Positions 1-11,371 of a stretch of DNA of 64,000 nt are shown one piece after another. The notes beneath the pieces were generated by a model. That model had not been told where the DNA came from and made no database searches. It saw only the letters and a list, made by a program, of their open reading frames with translations. The translations under genes and the position numbers were made by a program. The stretch's first letter is position 1. Each line of letters begins with the position of its first letter. Source of the DNA: Antedon mediterranea (lineage: Eukaryota > Animalia > Echinodermata); NCBI RefSeq assembly GCF_964355755.1, contig NC_092670.1, positions 2,532,201 through 2,596,200 of the forward strand. The letters are read 5' to 3'.

Positions 1-425
1 AGAAATTTACTGCTGGACTAATAAATTCCAATTTCATCAAAAGAAGCTGTTTTGTTTTTTAAATGTTTCCTCAGTTTATGCTATATTATCAACCTATCAT
101 GTCTAAATTGGAAAGAACAAGTTATGGTATCCATGAATGACGTTCTTTACAATGCAAGCTTTTATAACTGTACAAATAACGTAGTCAATGGTTACAAGCA
201 TTTGATATTGTATTGTTAATAATAGAACCATCCAAGCAATATCATGGACCTGGTTATATGAACAAATAACAAGTATGAAACGCTAAAGAATGAAAAAGAA
301 TTGATTACAAACACACTGTTAAACACCATGGACCTATAAATTATAGGTCCATGTTTAACTGTGTATTAAATCAAGTATGTTTGTTATGAGGAGTAAAAGT
401 AATGTTCCCCAAAAGTTTGCTATCA

Positions 426-1021
426 TTGTTACCTCCGCCAAGGAGGTTATGTTTTCACCCCTGTATGTTTGTGTGTTTGTGTGTGTGTGTGTGCGTGTGT
501 TTGTGTGTGTGTGTCTGTGAACAGCCTGGAGGCCACAGTTTTTATCTGATTCTAACCAAATTTGGACACAATGATCTATGCCCAAAAAGCTCGGACGAGT
601 TCGAATTTGAGGGGGAAAGGTCATAGGTCAAGGTCACAACTAACAAAAAAACTATTTTACTGCCTAGAGACCACAGTTTTGATCCGATTCTCACCAAACT
701 TAGCCACAATGATCAATGACACATCATATAATTGTGGTTAAATTTTGAAGGGTCAGGGTCAAAAAAAAAAAAAATAAAAAATAAAAAAATAATAAAAAAA
801 AAAAAAACCCTCAGTGGGACTTGAACCAGCGATCTCAACTGTGAGAGGCTGGATACATAACCATTACACCACACTGTCATCCACAACTTTGTAGTGTGCA
901 GTTAACATTATTTACACTTAGAACTAATAAAAAAAAATGTAAAAAAAAAATATTCAGGGGGCATTTTATGTTGGGGAATTTTACAGTAGGCGGAGGTTTG
1001 TACTCTCGGAGTACCCTCTAG
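426..1021 (+). mobile_element. Non-autonomous Helentron-type (HINE/DINE-like) element
   Basis: 5' TTGTTACCTCCGCCAAGGAGG, (GT)n microsatellite 462-515, 3' inverted GGCGGAGGT, then hairpin TACTCTCGGAGTA and CTAG. The same 3' end recurs at 4466-4500. Confidence 0.7.
760..882 (-). mobile_element. tRNA-derived SINE-like head / pseudo-tRNA inside the HINE
   Basis: Minus strand has A-box-like TGGTGTAATGG and B-box GGTTCAAGTCC followed by a long T-run. No convincing acceptor stem. Confidence 0.55.
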
Positions 1022-1268
1022 TTTATTTATGATTTAGCTCTTGATAAAAACTCAGTAGTTTGAACTGTATGCTTTATGCTATCATTCTAAATTAAGAGAT
1101 TAAGAGTTATGGTATCGAGGTACAGCCAATGCATATGAATGATGCGTTCTATCTATTGATATTAATTGTATTGTTAATAATAGTATAATAATATAAACGA
1201 TTCTAGCAATGTTATATGAACAAATAACAAGTATGAAACGCCAAAGAATTAAAAAGAATTTATTTACA

Positions 1269-2116
1269 CTAGAGGGTGAGCTCGCTTCGCTCGCTCCCCC
1301 TCTAGGAAGTGTAGACGATGGTTCTCGGAATGATAATGTTCTCCTTATACGTTTTCTGTCGGTTACCATTATTGAAAATGCTTGACATTCGTAAAACTAA
1401 ACTACTTTGTTTCACAGTGTTTTAGATGATTAATAACATTTTAAAGTACAGTTTTTATTGTTTGGTAGGGCCCTTTGGGAAGGCGGAGGTCATTTGAGGG
1501 AGGTGCTTATTCGAGGGATATATGTTAAATTTTGTAGTTTTAATAATATGGTAACATTTATAATCAAATGAAATCCTCTAATAGATATGAAAAGTGCTAA
1601 AAAAGAATAACAAATGCTTGGTAAATTGTAAATAACAGTGCGGTGAATTCTACTACAAATAGTATAATTGTGTTGTTATAAATATGTGGGTGGACGTTTA
1701 TTAGATAGTTGGGTTGGGGGGGGGGGGGGGGTTATTATTCAAAGTGATGTTTAATTGGAGTGGCGTTTATTCAAATGAATACCATCCTAATAATTATTAA
1801 TACATTATTTAATTTAATCATCTTTTGAAACTAACTGCCGTGACAGAGTGGGCCCAAGAAAGAAGACATTACGGCTTGCAACATGGGCAGACATCTCGGT
1901 CCTAACGGGACACAGGAAGATAGCCTACAGTTATTCCTGCAAGCTTACTCAATAAAACTCAGCTATCGGGATTTCACTCGAAAAATGTCTTATCATCAAA
2001 TCTACGTTTCGCGGTACATCTCAGATAGATAAGGTAGGTATCCAAGGCGGAGATTTGTACCGAAGTTTTTGCATTGTGCTCGCCTATATCAGAATTAACC
2101 ATAATTTATATATAGA
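1269..2116 (-). mobile_element. Non-autonomous Helitron
   Basis: Minus strand starts TCTATATATAAATT and ends in hairpin CTAGAGGGGGAGCGAGCGAAGCGAGCTCACCCTCTAG. No TSD. The flanks rejoin to match the paralogous host sequence at ~300-320. Confidence 0.75.
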
Positions 2117-3779
2117 AGCACACTGTTTACTGTGTACTAAAATCAAGTATGTTTTTTATGAGGAGTAAAAAAAACAAGCCCCAAAAGTTTGGTATCAGTT
2201 CATTTATTGTTAGTTCTTGATAATTAAACCTTGATATGATCAATATGCTTTATTAATCAGGCCCTCCTGTTTAACAAAGTGAATTCATTTTTTCTACCAT
2301 TCCATATAATACAAAGTTTTCCCAAACTAGCTGAATTATTGAAAGTTGAATGATAATTTTAATTATAGGCTATTTATAGGCTATACAGTTTGATATAGAA
2401 CATTATTTTTTTTAGTACAAGTTTAGGCTGCAGTATTCAGAATTGTTGTTTTGAAAACAGCACTAATCGTGTTTTTTATTTTTGTATTTATTCTTCCTCA
2501 CATCTCAAATGTGCAATAAAAATATACTGATTTTGTTAAGTTGTACTTAATTGGGTTTGACTAATCAATCGGATTTTTTTTCAAAGAATGGCCATTTTTC
2601 AGTGTGTGCATTTTTTTGATATTGAGGTTTTTAATTTTCTACAAATTTTCTTCCGTTTTTCAAAACTTATCGGCTTATTTGTGTAAAATGTAAAACAAGT
2701 GCCTTTGTTTGGGACTTTAAAATGTACGTCAATGACTAGTTTTCCTAATTATTAGTAGAGAAATCGAATAGCACCAATCAAAATTCCTTGCACACGCTTT
2801 CTTGTTACCATGGAGGAAATATATATTTCTTTACTCCATGATTTCTTCCATGCTTGTGTACTCAGCATTTTTCCTTTTGTTGTACCATATATTTGTTTAA
2901 TAGTGTTTGATTACAGTATACTGTTTAGAATTGGTATTGTGGTACAGGAGACATGCTTAGTTGGTGATATTGTGTTCTTTCAACCAGTTAACAAAAGTGT
3001 GTAAAATCGTACGATGCTTGAAATCCATTATGGTTATAATGGAATTTCCTTTCTTCCTTTCAACTCAACTATGAAAACAAATAACTTGTATGAACTGTAG
3101 GGCCAACTATAAAACTATCCTAAAAATAATGTTTTTGTGTGGAGTTAAAACTCGGTTTTATATCAATCAGAGCGATCTGTTTTAATAAAGTTAAATTTGT
3201 ATAATGATTTTGAATAGAAACTTTTTCTTTTTATTTTCAGTAAATGTATTCTCTATTTTATCATTGATCAAAAAACAATTGAGTTTTGCTATTTTAGAAT
3301 TGACAGTATAATGTAATAGATAACCCATTTGTATGTGGGATGCAATAGTGACATTATAGATTGACATGATATATCCTACTAATTTAAATAAAATAAAATT
3401 TGAAGATTTTTTATAAAATAGGCCTAATTTAGTTGTTTAATTTAATAATTATATATATATACTCTGCAATATTAATATCAATTTTATTCAAATGCAAACG
3501 CTACACAAAAACTACCAGTCCCTGAGTGCAATTTCTCTTACATGTGCAATATTCCATTATGTACACTTTTGAACTAAGAATACCAGTAGGCACAATTTTT
3601 GTTATACTGTATATCTTTTTCCATTTTTCTTATGTTATGTAATGATATTTAACTGACATTGAGATGATCTGTGAAAATCAAAACATTTATTTTTATACAA
3701 GTTAAGCTACAATAAAAATCATTGAATTATTTAAAAAAAATATTATTGTTTAAATAAATTTTATGTTTCTTTAAGAGAT

Positions 3780-4500
3780 ATACGGTATGCAACATTATTC
3801 TACAGAGAGGAAATAAAGGAAGGAAATAATTGAACGTAATAAACCACTAATAGCTCATTAAAGAAATACCCAGCTTCCTCTACCTATTTTATTTGAAAAG
3901 TGAAAAAAAGAAAAGGACAAAAAGGTAACAGAAAGATATTGTTGGTGGGAGGTTGGATTTTGATAGAGGGGGGGAGGGGGGAGGGGGGGGCGAGGTGAGC
4001 TTCTCGAGCCCACTAATAGTAAAAAAAACTTTAGTAATACAGAGGGGTAAAGTATAGTGGGAGGAATTGAGGTCAGCCTTACAAAATTAAAAATGATTAT
4101 TGTAATGAAAATTCTTTTAAACAGCATCAATCTGTGTTCAGTCAGCCGGCCCCAACTATGATTGGGGCTGAGGTGGATGGAGATGTAGGTTTAAAAAGAA
4201 AACATTGTACACAAAACATTCTAGTGTCAGAGTGCCATTTCCAGGCATCTAGATTCCCACAAATTTACACACTTTTTAGCACTGATAGACCAAGGTGTGC
4301 TTTTTTTTTTGCTGTTAATTAGATCAATGTGTCTAAATATGCAAGTTGTCTGTATGTGTACAGCAAAGCTTCTGTGTGCACAATTATCATAGTACGTGTA
4401 ATGGTTTAAGAGTGTGTATGTAAAAAAATATTCAGGGGGAATTTTATGTAGGGGAATTTTACAGTAGGCGGAGGTTTGTACTCTCGGAGTACCCTCTAGT
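3780..4500 (+). repeat. Dispersed ~640-bp repeat ending in a HINE 3' end; second copy at 54095-54745
   Basis: Colinear similarity (GTATGCAACATTATTCTACAGAGAG...TGGTTTAAGAGTGTG) with 54097-54745. Confidence 0.75.
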
Positions 4501-5039
4501 TATTATTATTATTATTATTTATTCTTTCTTTATTCTGCAGGCACTTTCAGTGCACTGATTTTCAAAGTGGTACAGTAATTGAAAATATAACAAACATAAT
4601 AAAATAAAGACAAAGAGTAATTGAAATATACATAAAAAATAGCAATCAATTTTAGAAAACAAAAAAATCAGTTAAAAATGTTGAGTACTAATTGTATTTT
4701 GGAATGAAGTTATTGAAAAATCTTTAAAGTTAATTTTTAATTCATTGGGAAGTTCATTCCAGCTTTTAGATGAACCAATTCTCCAAAATAATACCCCCCT
4801 CCCCTATGGTGGGGCATTACATTTCAACTGGCTGTCTTTATAAACAAAACCCAAGTTAACTTCCCTTGCAAATAACTTTATACAAATAAGATAATTCAAT
4901 ACTGAAGTTGATCCAGCATATTCACAAAACCACCAAAATTATCCTATTCCAATGGTTGAGCAGATTTAGCTCCTATTTATGTAACACTAGGATAACGTAC
5001 AGTATCTCAACGTATCAATTTCTATTCTAGTCTTCTTGT

Positions 5040-5390
5040 AGCCTAGAATAACGGCTTGAAACGTATCTCTTATTTTCTATTTTAGGGAACACCCTAAAAT
5101 AACGGCTTGAAACGTATCTCTTATTTTCTATTTTAGGGAACACCCTAGAATAACGGCTTGAAACGTATCTCTTATTTTCTATTTTAGGGAACACCCTAGA
5201 ATAACGGCTTGAAACGTATCTCTTATTTTCTATTTCAAGGAACACCCTAAAATAACGGCTTGAAACATATCTCTTATTTTCTATTTTAGGGAACACCCTA
5301 GAATAACGGCTTGAAACGTATCTCTTATTTTCTATTTTAGGGAACACCCTAGAATAACGGCTTGAAACGTATCTCTTATTTTCTATTTTA
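5040..5390. repeat. 57-bp tandem repeat, ~6 copies
   Basis: Unit CCTAGAATAACGGCTTGAAACGTATCTCTTATTTTCTATTTTAGGGAACAC..; 19-aa periodicity in the spurious ORF 5027-5347. Confidence 0.9.
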
Positions 5391-5945
5391 AAGAACTCTC
5401 AAAAATATCTATTTTCAACGAATCATTGATAGCAAAGCCTGTACTAATTCACGTATTTCCCTTCTGGCGTGATGACAGAGTACGACACTTAGCTTTATTA
5501 TCTTTGTTTTCTTAGTAGTTCAACTGAGGAATTCCAGGAACATCGGTTTCTATTCTAGTCTTTTCCTATCCTAGAATAACGGCTTGAAACGTATCTCTTA
5601 ATTTTTATTTTAGGGAACACCCTAAAATATCGATTTTCAACGAATCACTGATAGCAAAGCCTATACTAATTCACGTATTTCCCTTCTGGCGTGATGACAG
5701 AGTACGACACTTAGCTTTATTATCTTTGTTTTCTTAGTAGTTCAACTGAGGAATTCCAGGAACATCGGTTTCTATTCTAGTCTTTTCCTATCCTAGAATA
5801 ACGGTTTAAAACGTATCTTTATTTTTTATTTTAGGGAACACCCTAAAATATCGATTTTCAACGAATCCTTGATAGCAAAGCCTGTACTAATTCACATATT
5901 TTACTAGCGTGATAACAGAGTACGACACTTAGCTTCATTATCTTA
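5355..5945. repeat. ~197-bp tandem repeat (~3 copies) that contains the 57-bp unit
   Basis: GATAGCAAAGCCTGTACTAATTCACGTATTTCCC...TCTATTCTAGTCTT recurs at ~5428, ~5650 and ~5870. Confidence 0.8.
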
Positions 5946-8419
5946 TTTTTTTTCCACTCAGGAATTCTTCAGTTCATTTCTTGTTGACGTACACACACAA
6001 CAGTGTTAAAAGAAATGATGACAATCTGAGGTAGGTGTGTCGCATTAGAGTGCAATGTTGAATGAACTATACCATTATCGGGTAGGGGTGGGGGTGTTGA
6101 TATGACTATTTATGTTAAAGTTCTTGTAATATTTTCGGAGAGAGAGGGGCTAATTTTGGTTTATCCAGGTAAGCAATGGCATAACGCAGATGGCTGAGGC
6201 CCCTGGTTTAGGAAACCTAAGTGGCCCTCCAAGTTCCAATGCAGTAGGCCTCATTTTTAGTATTTTTTTCGGCATATTCGAATGCCCGTTTTCTCTAAGT
6301 ACTGCTAAGGGGCCCTTGGGTTAGCCAGAGAGCGCTCATAGCCGTTACACCACTGCATGTATGCTGCACTCATAGACTACCAACACCACTGTTGGTTTGT
6401 GTAGTCTAACATGGGTCATTGAAGGAATGGAAATATCAATTATCTAAAATCATCAATGCATTAACTTCATTAATCATTTTCTTTTTATCAAGTTTCTTAA
6501 TGAATTCATTCATCTTGTCTCCTACTCTTGAACTTGAGCTTGCTGATTACCACTTTCATCTTGTTTAAATTTCTTGGGCATGTTGGTCACACCATTCAGA
6601 TACTGTTAACAAGTAATTCTACAACAAAGTAAAACAAATTGCTATGTTTTTGGTTTTATATATATAAATTTATATAAATTTAAAAAATATAAGAAATAGA
6701 AAAAAGTTTTTATTAAAATACCATAACAATAATTCAATTTTTTAATTCAATAATTTAATTTCGCCATAATATTCATTGCTGGCCTAGATACCTTAACTTG
6801 TGCGCTCGCATCGCGCGGTTTATAGCGTAAGCCTGCCTGGAGGAGTAGAATCTAAGACCACAGCGTTGATAGTCTTTGACTTTGTTGTGTACTAACACCA
6901 TTTAAGGTAAATATCCGAACAATAAAAGCACAACAAGTAAACACACGTGAGTCGAGGTTTAGTCGTTCTCCATCTTCCCCGCATCCGGGGCTTTATTCAT
7001 TCTCCACAAGACTATGTATATAGAGGGCGTTAGACTATTACAATCGGTTACAATTACAGTACAAGTAATGTACAGTATATGACAGACTTTATATTGCAAC
7101 AGGCTTAAGTCTAGGACATTTAGTGCAATCCGCACCTCGTATTTTTGCCCATGAGTTAGATGTATATATAACATACTGTAAACAGTCTATAAAATGACTC
7201 AATACAATCAAATAAGAACTGTAACTCACAATTAATAAATATTAATGTGAACGAGGAATTACAATTCTCAATAAAAGTCTAAATAAGTAGAATATTAGGA
7301 CTCTAACTCTATTGAAATAAAACATACTTTCTGCATTGCTTTATGGTCCAGCTTCACTTCTTGATTGTTTACCTATAAAGAAGGAATTTTAGGAAAGTAA
7401 TTACTATATAACATAGTATTTAAACTTTCATACATTTTTCCTGTAATTTTTGACATTTTGTAAAAATAATGCATATATATATTACTTTAAAAACATTCTT
7501 GTCTTAAGAAATCTGTTCAAAATCTGCGAAAATAGTGACTTGATCATCAATGTTTTTAGTATTATCACAAATTTATGTTTCTTTTTTTTTATTATCCTTC
7601 TCTGTAACTAACACTTAAGGTTGAAAATCACTGTTTGACATGAGACTGATATTGATAAAATGATTCATTCATTCATAAAATTAATAATGATTAAACAAAG
7701 CTTGCAACAAAATCTAAAGGAGTTACCACAAGCATTGTTTGATTTACAAGAATGTAATTACCATTTGAATCTAAAATCAGTTTGGATATATTTACTTTAA
7801 CCGTTATTTGCTAATTGTTGTTTAAACGTCAGAATATACATACTACTCTCACAAATGTTATATGTGACAAACAACCAGTAGTAGTAAAACTTACTGATCA
7901 TAAAATTAAGAAATAAAAATTAGTTGCTCACACCAAAATAAAATATTGTCAGAATGAATAAAACAACTCCACATACCTGAGTTGTTCCAACAATTTCACT
8001 TAAAAGAAGTCATTGATTATTGGTGCTTTCTGTTTCACTGACTTGAACTTAAGAATAATAAAAAAAATCACAAGTTTCGTTGTTATTGAATTATAAAAAA
8101 TGTGTATACTTAATTACAAAGTAATCTAAATATCCTAAATTGAAGAAGTAAATGTTAGGCTACACATCATTTAAGCCATTGTCATTAAAACAAATTAGGT
8201 CTATCATAGTAGTTGTGAGGAGTGTTTTGTTTATATGTAAAATGTATGTGAACTTTAATAAAGTACAAATAAGTAAAAAGTATGTTATTTGTTTGTGCAT
8301 CATTGTATTTGCATAGGCTTATATACTAATGCATGTGAAATTAATTCGTTTTTAGTATTTAAAAAAAAATACATATGTTGAGTCCATGGCAACATAGATT
8401 ATAGTAATGACATGAATAC

Positions 8420-8945
8420 CTTTTAATAGAACTTTCAGAGGTCCTCTAAGTTGTAGGAGCTTTATGCTATCAATAAATGGTTGCATATTTTCCTCACAGA
8501 TTATGTCTCTTTCCTCAAGGTCCATAATCAAATGCCATGTATCCTCATAATTCTGTTTTGCATCATTAAAATGTGTATTCATTTTCTTCTCATCTTCCTT
8601 GGTCAGACTATCTCCAAACTTTATCAACATCAGTCTGTGTGCAGTAAACTTTGAACTGACAATATCCCTAACATTTGGAAATGTGCCAATTTTCTCTTTG
8701 ATTATTCCCGCCAATCTAAATTGTTCCGTTACTTTTATGGTTTCATAAAACAAAGTTAAGTCATGGCTTGTTAGATGTTCTCTGTCCATTAAGGAATTTA
8801 GTAGCTCAGTTGTGTTGGATGCTTTATCTAACACCAGTTGGCAGGAGATCTTTATACAACAGTTTCAGCTTATTGAGTAAATGACGATGATCATACCACT
8901 CTGAACAGTTTACTATAATGAGTTTAAGGTTACAATCAGAAATGT
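8420..8945 (-). pseudogene. Exon encoding two DED-like helical domains, frameshifted
   Basis: ORFs 9021-8824 and 8834-8352 join to ..LNKLKLLYKDLLP/LDKASNTTELLNSLMDREHLTSHDLTLFYETI..HRLMLIKFGDSLTKED..TWHLIMDLEERDII. This follows the DED pattern (R.LL..I...LT..D; L..LE....I). Phase 1-1 splice sites. Confidence 0.65.
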
Positions 8946-9061
8946 CTATGAAAATAAAAAAAAATATATTTAAAATACTATTACAGGCTAAGAATAAGTA
9001 TAAATTTAATATTATAATCAAACAAAATTTTTCTAAAACTTTTGTCGGAATTTAAAACTAT

Positions 9062-9685
9062 TGTAATATAAGGATATACTTTTATATTTAAGAAATTGAC
9101 CTTTGTATCGGAATTCAAATAGGTTCACAAACTTGACCCAGGAAGTCCAAAGGAGAGTTTGTCCAGATGTTTTAATGACCATTTAGTTTATAATAGAATC
9201 CCTAAAGAAAACACTTAGCTTAACTTTGCGACCGTTCCCATCGTAAAACAATTAGATACTGACAGTTTTAAGCAGAGATTTGACAGGGCCAATTCATCAT
9301 TGTAACCTCCCCAGATAAGATCAATCACTCCCACTTAAACACCCCTGGATCAACTTAGGACCAATCGTTACCCTCACAGATGATGTAATGACATTATGCA
9401 AATGAACTGAGCCAATATACTCCCAAGTTTCAGAAGGGCCCAGACACACCTTACAGCCACCTCACGGAGCACACACCTTACAGCCACCTCACGGAGCACA
9501 CACCTCACAGCAGACCTACACACTTCACACCTCACCGACAGCATCATTGACCGTCCGTTTCTTATCTATACTTATAGTTGTATATTGTACTGAAGTATTA
9601 TACTGAATAAATAATATATGTGTTACGACAGTCAAGCGAGTCAGAGTCCTTCATTAGTACCTCAACAACCCAACACTATATTACA
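9062..9685 (+). repeat. 5' LTR
   Basis: TGTAATAT..ATATTACA with terminal inverted repeat, internal 27-bp tandem CACACCTTACAGCCACCTCACGGAGCA, and AATAAA at ~9606. Confidence 0.97.
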
Positions 9686-9816
9686 TGGTGGAAGACCCAA
9701 ATTTCATAAGGAACGGAGTGAGAAAACAAGAAATAAACACTTAACAAGACACGAAGACGAAGACAAAGACAAAAATAACCATATTTGTTTGAAAGGAGAG
9801 AAATTTACTTTGACTC

Positions 9817-10021
9817 AAAAGACAAGCTGAAATTATATTTGAATGAGATCGAGACAAGCAGAAATTTGATCAAATTATTACCATTGGATGAAAGACAAAG
9901 AAGATAATCGAGGAAGACACAAAAGACAAGCTGAAATTATATTTGAATGAGATCGAGACAAGCAGAAATTTTATCAAATTATAACCATTGGATAAAGACA
10001 AAGAAGATAATCTAGGAAGAC
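9817..10021 (+). repeat. ~103-bp tandem duplication in the retrotransposon 5' leader
   Basis: AAAAGACAAGCTGAAATTATATTTGAATGAGATCGAGACAAGCAG..GGAAGAC occurs twice. Confidence 0.85.
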
Positions 10022-10369
10022 CCAAGCAGAATCAAAACAGAAGCAAGCGGACAAGAACTATTTCGTTTGAACACTTTCAACTTCACGCCGTTTTTTTTTC
10101 GATCGTTTTTTTTAACATTTATTTTTTTGACCATTTTGAACATTGATGAGCACTTTTAACATTTTTTTAATTCGTTGTTTGAACATTTAAACATTTTGAA
10201 CACTTTTTGCATTCCTTTAATTCATTTTTAATTGGATCCGAAGCATTTGGGGTAAGTCAAAACCATTTTGATTTTGATTTGTAACCTTGATTGAAAAAGT
10301 GAGAGTTTACATATATATATATACACTAAATTGTTTTTGATATTTGATTAATAATTAATATTATAAAGT

Positions 10370-11335
10370 ATGGTCGACGTTGTTGATAACGAAGTAATTT
10401 TAAATGAGCCCGTCAATCCTCACCCCGTGCCCCACCTAAGACAAACCGATTTCCTTCCCAAAAGATATGACGGTTCCATAACCGATCACGACCAATGTAG
10501 TGCACATTACTTATCGTTTACCGACTACCTTGAGGCCCACACGTTAGAAAACCCTGTAAACAATGCCCAATTAATTAATGTAATAAGTATTTTTAAACGT
10601 AGCCTTCAGGGCCAAGCTAGACTCTGGATTGAGGGAAAGCAGTTCGATTCACTAGAATCCTTAAAAACCCAATTCATCAACAGGTTTAGTAAAAACAAAT
10701 CAATCTATGCGCACATAAGAGAATACGATTCAATTACATACACCACTGGCGACAACGCCGAAAAGCACTTAACCAAAATCAAACAAGCCGCAGACAGAAT
10801 TGGATACGCTGACCAGCAGATAAAGAATAAATTTATTTCGACCCTTCCACCAAAATGTAGAGCAGCTGTAGCCATGTCCACCCCAATCGATGCCACTATT
10901 GAAAATATTGTAAATAGCACACAAAATTACCTTGACCTTTCCGTAGATGATGCCACACGGGAAGTTTCATTCAATATCAATAAGGAAACAGATAGGCCTA
11001 ATAGTTTCGAATCGCTCCAACATGAGATAAATTCTCTCAAGTTAGACATGGCCACAACAAAACGATCCCTTAATGATGATACTCGACGCTCACGTTCCCC
11101 CACCCGAAATTATATCCCAAGACGAAACCGAAGCCCAAGCCCATACAAACCCCGATTCCAGACCCCACCGACCCCAAGATATAGACAACCTCCCCCAACC
11201 TGTTATTACTGCGGGAAACCAGGCCACATAGCAAGGCACTGCCGACAACAAAACCGCTCTTACGGAAACTATCCCCCGCCATACCCATACCAACAGTCAA
11301 ACAATTACTACCCTAGCCACCAGCAGGATTTTTAA
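10370..11335 (+). CDS. gag: Gag with CCHC zinc knuckle
   Basis: 321-aa ORF with SLQGQARLW capsid-like motif and CYYCGKPGHIARHC knuckle. Confidence 0.92.
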   Translation: MVDVVDNEVILNEPVNPHPVPHLRQTDFLPKRYDGSITDHDQCSAHYLSFTDYLEAHTLENPVNNAQLINVISIFKRSLQGQARLWIEGKQFDSLESLKTQFINRFSKNKSIYAHIREYDSITYTTGDNAEKHLTKIKQAADRIGYADQQIKNKFISTLPPKCRAAVAMSTPIDATIENIVNSTQNYLDLSVDDATREVSFNINKETDRPNSFESLQHEINSLKLDMATTKRSLNDDTRRSRSPTRNYIPRRNRSPSPYKPRFQTPPTPRYRQPPPTCYYCGKPGHIARHCRQQNRSYGNYPPPYPYQQSNNYYPSHQQDF

Positions 11336-11371
11336 AAAGGGGACTAGATGCCGCCTATAATCTGGCCCCCC
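11324..11371 (+). promoter_or_regulatory. Putative -1 ribosomal frameshift signal (gag-pol)
   Basis: G GAT TTT TAA at the gag end, followed by stem GGGGACTAGAT / ATCTGGCCCCC. Pol is in the -1 frame relative to gag. Confidence 0.7.

Noticed and set aside
808-882. Functional tRNA gene
   Set aside because: A and B boxes are present but no convincing acceptor stem or cloverleaf could be built, and it lies within a repeat.
5027-5347. 106-aa repetitive ORF
   Set aside because: Translation of the 57-bp tandem repeat.
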